Shown here: piece after piece, positions 27,801 through 39,800 of the stretch
Position numbering within the stretch: the first letter of the stretch is position 1
How the letters are laid out: every line of letters starts with the position of its first letter
Source of the DNA: Pavona decussata
Taxonomy: Eukaryota
Length of the DNA: 64,000 bases
Direction of reading: 5' to 3'
NCBI GenBank assembly: GCA_977016875.1
Contig: CDRNST010000214.1
Span: 186,001 to 250,000, forward strand
Made by a program: the position numbers and the translations under genes
The notes under the pieces: generated by a model
The model's database searches: none
What the model saw: only the letters and a program-made list of their open reading frames with translations
Told to the model about the DNA's origin: nothing

Positions 27801-30800
27801 TAGAAGCCAGTCTGCACGGGCTCCACTCCCTGTCAAACCGAACAGTCGAACAATAAACGAGAAAGAGAGTGCTGTCCTAGCTACGAACATTTTCAGATAG
27901 CTAAAACTACACGCACTACCATGTAGAAATTAAAGGTCCTCTCCAATTTGGGTACGTAAAAAAACAACTGACGGCGTTACAAATCCCAATGTGACAATCC
28001 TTGGAGCCATGCATTCGCCGGCGCAGCATTCACAAAGATTGTGGCAGCGCAGTAACGAAAGTTTCACGCTATGCGTCGTGTCACACTCTTCTTGTAAGTT
28101 GTTGCATAATTTGCATCGTGAGGCATAAAGGCCGTGTTACACCTTAACTTTGGTTACACCAGGCAATGTTGTCTCGCAATGTTTAAAAATAGTGCGTTGC
28201 GAAAGACGTTACACAAAACATTGGCTGGTATACTGACACAGCGTTATCCTCGACGATGCAACTGGTCCATGCATAACAATTTATGGACGATTTACAAGAA
28301 CCGTTTGTAAACTAAAAAGGCTACAGTAACGAGATTCTGTTTTACCTTTGTGGAGCAAGCTTCGATGTCAGCAGTGAAATCAGCAGATGTGCAGCTTCAT
28401 GGAATTTGCCTTCTTCGTACATCTTGTGAAACTCGCGATATTTTCCTATAGCAAAAAGCATATAAAATAACCAAGACTAACACCGAAATTACAACACCAA
28501 AAATTGGTGCCAATTTATACACTTGGGTGCAAAACGACAATGTGGAAGAAAGTTTTTGTCACGTCGTTTCCTTAGACAAGAAACTTTGCTTCACATTGTC
28601 TCTCTTCACCCAGGTGTATAAAAGGCTACCGGTGACATACTGCTGGGGGTAACACTGCTATGGGAAACGGACTCCATCCGCGCTAAGCTATTTACACTGA
28701 TAATCACAATAGAGACAAAATGTCTATTACATTATTTTCACTCAAATATATTGAGACCGCGAAGAAACAGTCACTTTGCCTCGATAATGAAGGTAGTATT
28801 ATCGAAACGTGGGACAGCATTAGTTTTACATTTTCAGTTAATCTCTGGTCTTCAAAAACTCATTAATAATTCATAAGCCCATTGACCTATCAAATGTTCG
28901 ATAATACATCACATGCAGTGACTTTATATCCATAAACCTCCTCCTTATTACTTATTACTTATTATGCTGTGTTTCATCAGCTGATAAAACACTCCTCATT
29001 AGTATGCGCTGTTTTTCTCGTATGCTAATTTCTGACGTTCACAAATTAAAGCATCATTGTTATGAACTCTATTGACACACGCTTTTCCAGGAATGTGTTT
29101 GAAGCCGTTCAAAAAACTCACAGCACGTGTTTTGTTGGGTCAAAAAAAAAAAAAAACACTCAGAAACCCGATAAAACACTCCTGCTCGTTTTTTAAACAT
29201 TACATAAACGACGCAAAAATATCTCTTAATTAGTAGACTCGAGTTTCTCGAGCCATCTTGAGATGCCCAGAACGTAGCGCGGTAGCAAAGGCGGTCCTGT
29301 GACTTGTGTGCGACACCTTACACGTGTGGGGCCGGGCAGGAAGTACTACCACAACTCGAGAGAAGAAGAGGAGCTAAAGACTCGCCTATGATTCGTCGAC
29401 ACAACGTTATCCCACCAGTTTTACTTTCTTACCTAAAAACGTAAGTCGGTCGCTAAGAAGCATGGCGGATCCCAGATTGTCGATTAAATCAAGGTTGGAA
29501 AATCCACCGTTCTTGCAGTACTCTGACAAAAACCTGTAAAGCGGGAGAAAGATACAAACTTAAGAATGCTATTGATACCAATATGGAGACAACTCTTGCG
29601 TTCTTACAGTTCTTACATATAAACTGCTTGCGTAGGGGCTAGGTCACCTTATTGTTACTTTAGTCCTCTATTAAAAAGGCACAGTCATGGCGATTTTGCT
29701 ATATTTTGGTCTAAATTGCTCAAATGTTTTACAAAAATGGTTAGCTACATGAAATTGCTCTTACAACCAGGAAGAACAAACTATAACCAGTTTTTAGCGA
29801 GTTCTCTAAAATACACAGGAAGAGTTTAAAAAGTTGGCCAACTGATTTTTTCAAGTTTCAATCCATCCCAATCCCAGCCATCTGCAGCCAAACATAATAA
29901 ACACTAGTTTCTGTGCACTAGTAGGGCTATTGTTAACCAAATTCAACCATTATTTTAACGATTCCATTGAAACAAATACGTTTTTTTGCTTTTCATAGTG
30001 ACACTAAAAATGAAAGCTTTTCTCACAAGATTTTTTTCTGGCAATTGGATCATGCCGTAACGGAGACCCTTCTATACCAACTGCATTTCTTTTCTGTATT
30101 CCATTGTTTTGTTCATTTACAATGGCGAAGCTATGAAGTCAAATTTAGGAGGGTTATGTCACCACAATGTTACTGTTTCTCTTTTAGAAGTTGTTCAAGC
30201 GGCATCTCACTGCTCCCTGCCGCTTGGGGCTTCGGCGTGGAGCGATAAGAGGCAGCTGTATACCCAGGCTAGAAAATTGTTATACAGAGAAAGCCGTCAA
30301 CTGAAAAATGTCAACTGAGTCATCCAAAGGGAGATTTTCCTTTTCCAAGACAGCACGACAGACATTATCGGAGTTATAAAGGCGAAGATCACTCCAGAAG
30401 TTACTCACCGTTTTTTTTGAGCTTCTGAATGGTATCCGATCCATATGAAATACGAACTCTCCGAAGTAGCCCGGAATTGAAATTGAGCGCCGCCATTTTG
30501 ATTAGCACTAAGTAGCCTAACTGTCGTTTCGTGACGTGACGTCATTCCGTTCAAGAGAACATGGCGCGATCAACAAACGTAAACACTTGGAAATGGATTC
30601 GCTTGAAACTTATTATTTCGAACCAGAACGTGCCGTCATCCCAAGAATGAAGAAATGAAAGATGAAGAAAATAACGAGCGAGTACAAGGTACATTTGGGT
30701 GTACCTGTGAACGTTGTGAAGTCATGCCAACCCCAAAAGAATGCCTTTGTCGTCGCAAATACCCAGAGTCGAAAAATAAGATGGAAGGCACGATTTGTAC

Positions 30801-33800
30801 TCGCTATGTCGTAGTTTAGTCATTGCATGTCGGTTCAAGAATTAAAAACAAGCTTTTTATTTGTGTCTTACATTTGTGTTTTTGTGTCTGATCTGTCTTA
30901 AATCTTTTTTTTTTTTTTTTTTTTTTGCGGGGATTTCATGTATCACCAAAAACGAAGAGTTTTCAATGGTTCGTCTTAACCGAGCTGTGTTAGGAACCTC
31001 AATAGTGGGCTTCCACTGTTCCAATAGGTCTCTTGTACCCTCTCCAATGCAGAAGGAGTAAGAGGAATAATGGTTTATTTTCTGGTCTTTCATAGATTAA
31101 ATTATTATCATATTTCAAAGCAGTCTTCGAAAACACGTTCGCTGCTCACATACACATTTTTGAAGTTTCTTCGGCAGCCCGAATCTCTCATCGCGGTGTA
31201 GCTTCGAGCTTCTTCTTTACAAAGCTCTTGTTCTTACCTTATCTCTTTCGGATCTGTTATTACAGTTTGGAGCCGAACACCGGACGGCATTTTCAGTCCA
31301 TAACGAAGAAGAACATTATGTCGCGGAAAACATATACATCAATGTGACAAGCTGCGTTTGAGATTCGCGCAAATTTCGTTGGACTGAATGACGTCGGGGA
31401 GAAACAGCCAGGCTAGCAAGTGTGAAGAGTCTCGTGTGGATCAGATGCACTTCTGAAGCTCAAAAACGGTGAGTAACTCAAATTAGTATTTACTTTTTAG
31501 AGCGGTTTTCAATTGAATGTCGAAAGTAATTTCGCGTTTGCTTTGGTTTTGCATTACTTCGCTCTGTGATTGGTTAACAAAACTCGCGCAACTTTCTCAA
31601 CCAATGGGAATCCAAACCAAAACCAATCGTGTTTTGGCCGCACGCGTTTTCCCGCGCTTGGCGCCAGTTACATGTATTTGCTTTGAATTCTGATTGGCTC
31701 GTTGTGTTGTTTACATCTGTTGCGATTGACCAGAGTAATTTCTTTGGTTTTGCTTTTCAGACACTCAATTGGAAACCGCTATATTGATGGAGTAAAACTA
31801 AATAGCTATTTGATATACAAACCGTTCTGAAATAAACGCAGCAAAACTGGAATCCTACAAACAGACAAAAACAGCAGTAAGAATTTTTCATAGCCAAGAA
31901 AAAGACTGAAATTATACGGAGGAATTGACAATAGCAACGATGGCATGAAAGCTACTGTGTACCGAATAATGGTACTGTTCCTTACGGTGTCCGTGCGTGG
32001 AACTAGCTATGAAAGATGGTTCTAGTACTGCTCAGTAGCTTTCATTTGAATGGTCACACTCAAGCGTTTGATCGGCAAACACAAGGGTGTTTGCAGAACA
32101 AACGCTTAAGTGTGACCATTCAAATGAAAGCTACTGAGCAGTACTTTCCTGTGGTGCTATTTATTGCACAGTACAAGATACTTCTAACTTTGAGACTGTG
32201 GATGAAACCCTAAAATGTAACCATTTAGCTAGTAGCTATTAAGCAGTACTTTCCTGTGGTGCCGTTTGTAGATAGAGGATATTACACGGCTGCGCGAAGA
32301 TATGAATTTTATTTTCGAGTGGTAAAAACAAAAACAATATTGTTTTTACCACTCGAAAATAAAATTCATATCGTCAAGCCAATTTTCTTTTTATTATATA
32401 GACAAATCTATCGCTCGCCATTTTCCACCGACTGTTTGCACCGAACGGCCGTGAAAAAGCGGGAAATGACGTCATCAATATCCTCACTAGTGAGGATATG
32501 GAAAATACGCCACTTGGGTCCCGGATGTAGTTTCGTTTGAATTTTACGAGTGGTGTATTTTCCAGTAAAACACTTGTGTCTACACAAGAAAAGGTGGTTC
32601 TAAACTTTAGTATCTAACTGAAATCGTAAAGTGTGACCATTCAAATGAAAGACACCGAGGAGTACATTCCTGTGGTACTGTGTGTGTGTTAATACTTTCT
32701 CAAACTCATTAATAATTCATGAAAAGAAAACAAAGAAAATCACTACTGTGACCGTGGTTTGGATATGTGATCCTAATTACCATAAAATTTTGCCAACTTT
32801 AGCCTTGAATTTCTCCAAGAATTATTGATCATTTGAGAAGCCATATCAAACACTCGAAAGTGTGTTTCATCAGATATCCAAACACCTCGAAGTCGTTTAA
32901 AAAAAAACTCGGCTGCGCCTCGTTTTTTCAACCTACTTCTCAGTGTTTGGATATCTGATGAAACACTCTTCCTTGTGTTTGATATATTACTTGAAGCATG
33001 ATCAGTGGGTAGTTTTTAAATAACCTTGCACATTATCAATCTCAGCAGCAAATGGAGCATGAACCATACCTTTGACCTAAGACACCAAGCCAAGGCTGCT
33101 CCCATTCTACCACCCTTTATTGACTTCATGCTCATAGTCTTACAGATAGATTGAGCTGAAAAATTAAAATTAAAATCAACATAAAGTTGACGCAATTTTA
33201 GAAACAACTGAAGATACGAGCGCTAAAGATCGAAGCACTCCAGCGTTACTCTTGCACTATAGCGCGCTCTCGCTGTTTATAGTTTATTCCTTGCTGTAAC
33301 GCTTTTCTTTGTAGGTCACGCAAGGTTACTTGGGTGACGACCCAGATCAGGATCAATGATCCAAGATCACTTGGATCATGGTGCATCAAAGGAACCGACG
33401 AATCTACTCTGGGGAAGGATACGTCGGTTCCTTTCATGTACCATGATCCGAGAGATCTTCGATAATTGATCCTGATTTAGATCATCCCAAAGAAACGCAC
33501 CCAAAGACTGAGAGGACTAAATATTTGTTTGTCAGTTAACACTGACAGTGTCAGCCAATCGTAATTAAAAAAAAAAAAGAGGAAACGTCTGAGTTAACAC
33601 TGTTAGCCGAAAAAACTCCCAAATACTACCTTGCAGCTGAAAAACAAAGGTTTTTTTACAGCACAGAACCCAGGCAAAACCTTGCCAACTACTTGATTTT
33701 GGCGCGAATTTTACGATGTTCGCCAGTGACCTTAAGCAGGAACACAATTTCCCGCCAACACAGAGGCAGCGCGTTCCTTGGCCGCCCTCCACGATTGCCG

Positions 33801-36800
33801 GCAAAAAGTCGAAGGAACATTTGGAGCTAAGCTAAGGTTTAAAGTTGAAAAATCTGAATAGAGTGTTTTCACATGACGTCACGACGGCCATGTTGGTGTC
33901 CCAAACTAAACCTCTGGGAATTGAACTATATTTTTATGCAAATACTATCTTTTGTTTCAGTAAATCAATATGTCCGGTAGTCACGTGAATGAAAACGCTC
34001 TATAGTAAAAAAATCGAACAGCTTTTACCTAAGGTCATGAATTTTTATTAAATGAGTTAGCTGATAGTTTAAAAATCTGACCAGCTGTCAGCTGAGTTAC
34101 TAAAATTTGGGCTGAGTACGATAACTAAGAGTTGGTTAGAATCAGGCTACCTATCAACTTAGGGAGTGAAATTTTTGCAGAACGCATAGCTAGATAGCTG
34201 AAGGTAGAGAATTCTGACAAATGTCAGATCAGTTCGCGAAATGAAGGAATGAATGTGTTTAATAGTTTAGAGTAGAGATGTCTAAAAACTGTTTGTTGAT
34301 TTAGAATTGAGGATGCTAAAGTTCTGGCAACAGAAGACCACAAGGACAAACGCCGGGTCAAGGAGGAAATGGTGATCAAATCCAACATTGAACAGGGATG
34401 GGGGCCTGGACCTAGCACCGGCATACGACGCTGAACAATGCTCACGTGATGGATAATCACGTGATAGGTCACGTGATGGACCGATGAAGAGATCAAACGA
34501 CTGAAGAAGACGTTGAAATATTTCGTTCCGAAAAACTATTTATTCTGAGTCAGTAATTACTTCTCATTAATATTGTTTTAATGTTTCTGTTTTTTAATTC
34601 TCACTTTCTCTAACTCCAATACCTTACTTGCAAATTACAGTAATCTCAAAGCTGCTTTAGTTTCCAATTTTCGTTTTCTCTCCCTGCATCACCTAATTAG
34701 TACATCATTACCGTAAACTTAAGTTGACAGTTTCTTTCCAATGTGGTTGCAATTCCCACTCGCCTCGTTATAATACTGGCAATGTCATTTATTGAACTGG
34801 CCATCTCAAACAACTCCTAATGCCATAACTTATTATACCACTTTCTTACTCCGATCCTTGATACACTTAAAAATTCATAATTATATTGTTGTTGTCATTG
34901 AAATTATTGTCTCGTTTAATTACCCTCTTTTACCGCTTTTGTTTGTCATTTATGTTAATTAATATCAATTTAGTTACACCTTTTCTTTCATTCTAAAACT
35001 ATTGTAAAAATATTTTATTCTTATTTATATTAATTCACTGTGTAATTCGGTAAATAATTCTACACTACTCGCCTAGATTAGCAAATGCTATTTGCGGGTC
35101 CAGTGTTATTGTAAAGTGTACTTGACTACAAAGATTAATGAAGTTGAAAGTACTGTTCACGAGTCAGTTCACACCTTGATCATCAGATGAATTTTCCTTT
35201 TTTGTTTTCCCAGCTGAGTAGCTTTCTGTTTCTCTTGTCTTCTTCATGTGCTCAAATAACAGTTCGTAAAAATCCAGAGGTTTGAAGATGTCCAGGTACA
35301 GCTTCTGCTGTTGCTCAAGCGAAAGTTCTGCCATCGTTTCTTGCACGTGTTTCGGGAAGCGAGGGACAACATTTGAATAGTAACTCTTGTCTGTTTCCAT
35401 CGTTTTCGAGGCCAGAAATCAACGCTTCTCTCTTTCTTCACTGACTTTAAAGAGCTTTACACTCTGAATGAAGAATCGTACACCGCAATGACTCGCTTAT
35501 AAACCCTTGAACGTGGGAGTGGCCCTCGACTTTTAACACCTTAAAAATTACCACTAATCAGGGTGAGCACAATATGCTGTTTTTCCACGGACACTTCTTT
35601 AATTACATTACCATATTTGTACATCATTACTCAAAATTAAAAGGCAACTTCTTATTTCACTGTAAATTTTCTACTCATTTCTCTAATTACATTACCTTAT
35701 TTGTACATTATTGGAATTGTTATGCAAGGTGACTGAAAAACTCATTAATAATTCAAAAGCCAAAGACAAAGGAAATTACGCACTGTGACGTGTTTGGATA
35801 TCTGATGAAAAAAGCCTCGTTTTTGCATCCTTAATTTCCCCTTCAAAATCAGTTTGTTTGAGAAGTTATATCAAACACTCGTCACAGTGTTTCATCACAA
35901 TATTAAAAACCTCGAAGCTCGTCAAAAATACTCCGCTACGCGTCCTATTTCCAACTCTCTTCTCGGTGTTTGATATGTAATGAAATGGTGTGTCTCGTGT
36001 TTGATATATTACGTCAAGGGCAGTTCTGTAAAAGATGAATGACGACTCATGACGAAAAACTTGCCGCCAGAATTGCTAATAGTTTTAAGCTTGCTTCCTG
36101 TTATCGACTAGTGCTTAGACGAACTGAGAAAAAGTTTTAGTTTCATTTTCAGTTTTTTTTGCCTTTATTCTTGCACATCGTCACAAGATAAATATATATT
36201 AAAAGATAAATAAATAACAAAAGAGAGAAAAACAAATGGCGAGGATGCCCATAGAGAAACCATTGGGGCTTATACGAGCTACAGGCTCCTCAAAAAAATT
36301 ATTACAACTTTGAAATCAGGATGTTAGGCGTAGCTTATTTAATTTATCAATACATTTAGGTTTAAAAGCAAGTACACAATCAAACACACACAGGCAGCAA
36401 AACACAAAACAGCACGTTCAAAACAGGAGTAGTTTATTTAGGAGAAATGATCTTAATTTAGATTTACACCGAAAAATACTCTCAGCATTCTGAATTTCTG
36501 AGTCAAAGGAATTAAACAGTTTAGGTCAAAAGTCAAGTTAAATGGTAGGTTCACAACCTTTGCTTTATTTTTCTTTTCATCACGAATGCGACGCTAAAAT
36601 TTACACATAAAAAGTCTGAAAACAGCAAGGTCAGGTTGAGGCGATCGCAAATCGGCCATCTATCCCGTCAGAGCTCTTATCAGTTAAAATTTATATAATA
36701 GGAAGAAAGCAGCACATATCGAACGAATTCAATCTCAACTGAAATGGTTACAAGCCTAAGTATACAGTCACAAAAACATAAATACACCATGGAATATAAA

Positions 36801-39800
36801 GTCATGAACAAGTTCGTTTGTCTTATAAAATAACAGTTTAAACGAACCAATTGCTGTCCTGAAACCAAACCACCTACATTATCAAACATGAAATGATCAT
36901 AAATTGTTCATGTAATATATCAAACACGAGACACAGTGTTTCATCACATATCAAATACAGAGAAAAGAGTTGAAAATACGACGCGTAGGGGAGTATGTTT
37001 GACGAACTTCGAGGTTTTTGTCTTTGGCTTTTGAATTATTAATGAGTTTGAGGAAAGTCGGTCACCCCTTAATCATCAGAGCAATTTTCCTTTTCCTGAG
37101 GTGAGTAGCTTTCTGTTTCCCTTGTCTTCTTCATGTACTCAAACAACAGTTCGAAAAAATCCAGAGGCTTGAAGATGTCCAGGTACAGCTTCTGCTGTTG
37201 CTCAAGCGAAAGTTCTGCCATCGTTACTTGCACGTGTTTCGGGAAGCGGGGGACAACATTTGAATAGTAACTCTTGTCTGTTTCCATCGTTTTCGAGGCC
37301 AGAAATCAATGCTTCTCTCTTTCTTCAATTCTTCACTGACTTTAAAGAGCTTTACACTCTGAATGAAGAATCGCACACTGCAATGACTCGCTTATAAACC
37401 CTTGAACGTGGGAGTGGCCCTCGACTTTTAACACCTTAAAATTTTATACCACTAATCAGGGTGAGCACAATGTTGTTTTTCCACAGACACTTCTCTAATT
37501 ACATCACCTTATTTGTACAACATTACTGAAAATTAAAAGGCAACATTTCACTGTTAATTTTCTACTCCTATTTCTCTAATTACTTTACCTTATTTGTACA
37601 TTATTAGTGTTGTTATGCAAGGCGACTGAAAATTTCAATGTTGCTGTCACGTCCTCAAACTCGTCGGAACTCCAATACCTCATTTACAAATCATTACGCA
37701 CTGTTTGATTCAATGTTGTATTTCATTTCACGATTTATTTAATTCGTTGCAGTTCGCACAAGTTTCTTTGCAATATTGCCATGGTCATTAATTTAACACT
37801 CACCTTTCGATCCCAATCAAGAGCGCTTGCAAAATGTGACAAATTTTACGCCCCGAATGAAGAGTACCTCCTATTATCCCGTTCAGAGTAGAGCGAGAAG
37901 AGGTCATAAATCTACGACAAATAAGAAGGTTTAGCACCGAGGACGTAATTCTTAATTTGAGAGAGGAAAAATTTCGAGTCGTGGGTTCAATTTCTCTGAC
38001 TGTGTCATACGAGAAAAACGATTTAATTCCATCGACTTACGAAAACACTTTTGCGTAAACTGAGGTCTCTGGGTGAAAAATTTTGTCATCTTATTTCTAT
38101 GAACATTTTCATCGGCGGACAAAGGCAAAGAGCAAGGTTCTAAAATAACGTCTTCGCTGCTGTCAAGGACAGCTCTGGAAAAGAAGAATGACGACTCCAG
38201 AATTCCAGAATTGCTGATAGTTTTAAGGCTGGTTTCCATATGATCGCGATCGCAGATCGCAGATCGCAATAAGGTCTGCGATCATCGCAGACGATCGCAG
38301 AAGATAGAACCATGTTCTATCTAAAGGCTGGTTTCCATATGATCGCGGATCGCAGATCGCAATAAGGTCTGCGATCGTCTACGATCATATGGAAACTACT
38401 TCTGCGATCGTCTGCGATCAATTGCGATTGTTTGCGATCTGCGATCCGCGATCATATGGAAACCAGCCTTTAGATAGAACATGGTTCTATCTTCTGCGAT
38501 CGTCTGCGATCACGATCGCAGGATCGCAGATCCTCGATCAGGATCCTCCAGGATCGTCTGCGATCAGTTGCGATTGTTTGCGATCTGCGATCCGCGATCA
38601 TATGGAAACCAGCCTTTAGATAGAACATGGTTCTATCTTCTGCGATCGTCTGCGATCACGATCGCAGGATCGCAGACGATCGCAGAAGTAGTTTCCATAT
38701 GATCGCAGACGATCGCAGACCTTATTGCGATCTGCGATCATGAAAACCAGCCTTTAAGCTTGCTTCCTGTCATCGACTAGCGCTAAGACGAACTGAGAAA
38801 AAGTCAAGTTATGTGGTAGGTCAAGTCAAGTTATGTGGTAGGCTGTTGGTTTTAGATGCATTACCGTGTTTGCACATCAGGAAAGTAAAATGAAGCTGAC
38901 TGTTTATTTCAATTCTCTAACTGTTATTTTTCAGTTCTCACTTGCTCTAATTGCATTAACATATTTGCACATTATTAGTGTAACTGAACACAACTGTTTA
39001 TTTTATAGTTAATTTTCTCAAGCTGGATCTTTCTCTTCAAGTTGTTTTGAGTCTCACATTCTCTAAATATATGATCTGATTTGGACATCGTCACTGTTAA
39101 CTTAGACAAGCAGTTTCTATCAATTTTTCTTTCCATTCCCATAGCACTAAAACTTGCATTACCTTAATAGCACATCATTAAGCAAAAGTAAACTTAAACT
39201 AATGTTTGAGAAAATATTTTGCTTCCTGATCCTGGCATTTGAAGTTTAGAAAAAAAGTTAGCTTTCAGGATGCAAAAATACATTTAAACGTAGAAGCTTT
39301 CGATTACTTCGCGGAATCTTTGTCAGGCATGTTTTTGTCACGTGACTTAAGGTGGTGTGAGTCACGTGACAAAATGCCACCACTGCTGTTGTCACGTGAC
39401 TTAATTTCATTAAAACCCTCTAACCCGATCCCCCAATTTCTTCTTCATGAACATTCTAAAAATCACCAACCTAGTCACAGGCAGCCTAAACTCATGTCTC
39501 TGAAGAGCGAGTAATAGGATGACCAAGCAGTATTGGGTTACAGGCGGCCGCTGCGAATTTGAACGCTTTATAAGACCTTCATCCGCAGTGCACATATATT
39601 TTCATCCAAACTTTAAATAATGCTCCATTTTTACTTCCATTTAATAAAAGGAATAAAACTGACTCATCTCTGGTGTGTTCTTATGCGTTTGAAGTTACTT
39701 CACCATTTTAGGCATTCTTTAAAACCATTGTTATTTCCTTCATAAGACGGAGTCAAGACTGTACACTTGGATTTCGACCGTAGTCTGCTCACAGGCGGTT

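Larger units (their letters stand above)
30380..31478. mobile_element. Kolobok-like transposon deletion derivative with remnants of two genes
   Basis: ~50-bp imperfect inverted repeats (agttactcaccgttttt..gagcttc / gaagctcaaaaacggtgagtaact); KolX/P2X7-ballast-like remnant on +, THAP remnant on -. Confidence 0.8.

Noticed and set aside
38389-38702. ORFs with repeated AICD/IAD motifs
   Set aside because: Artefacts of the GATCGCA-rich MITE.
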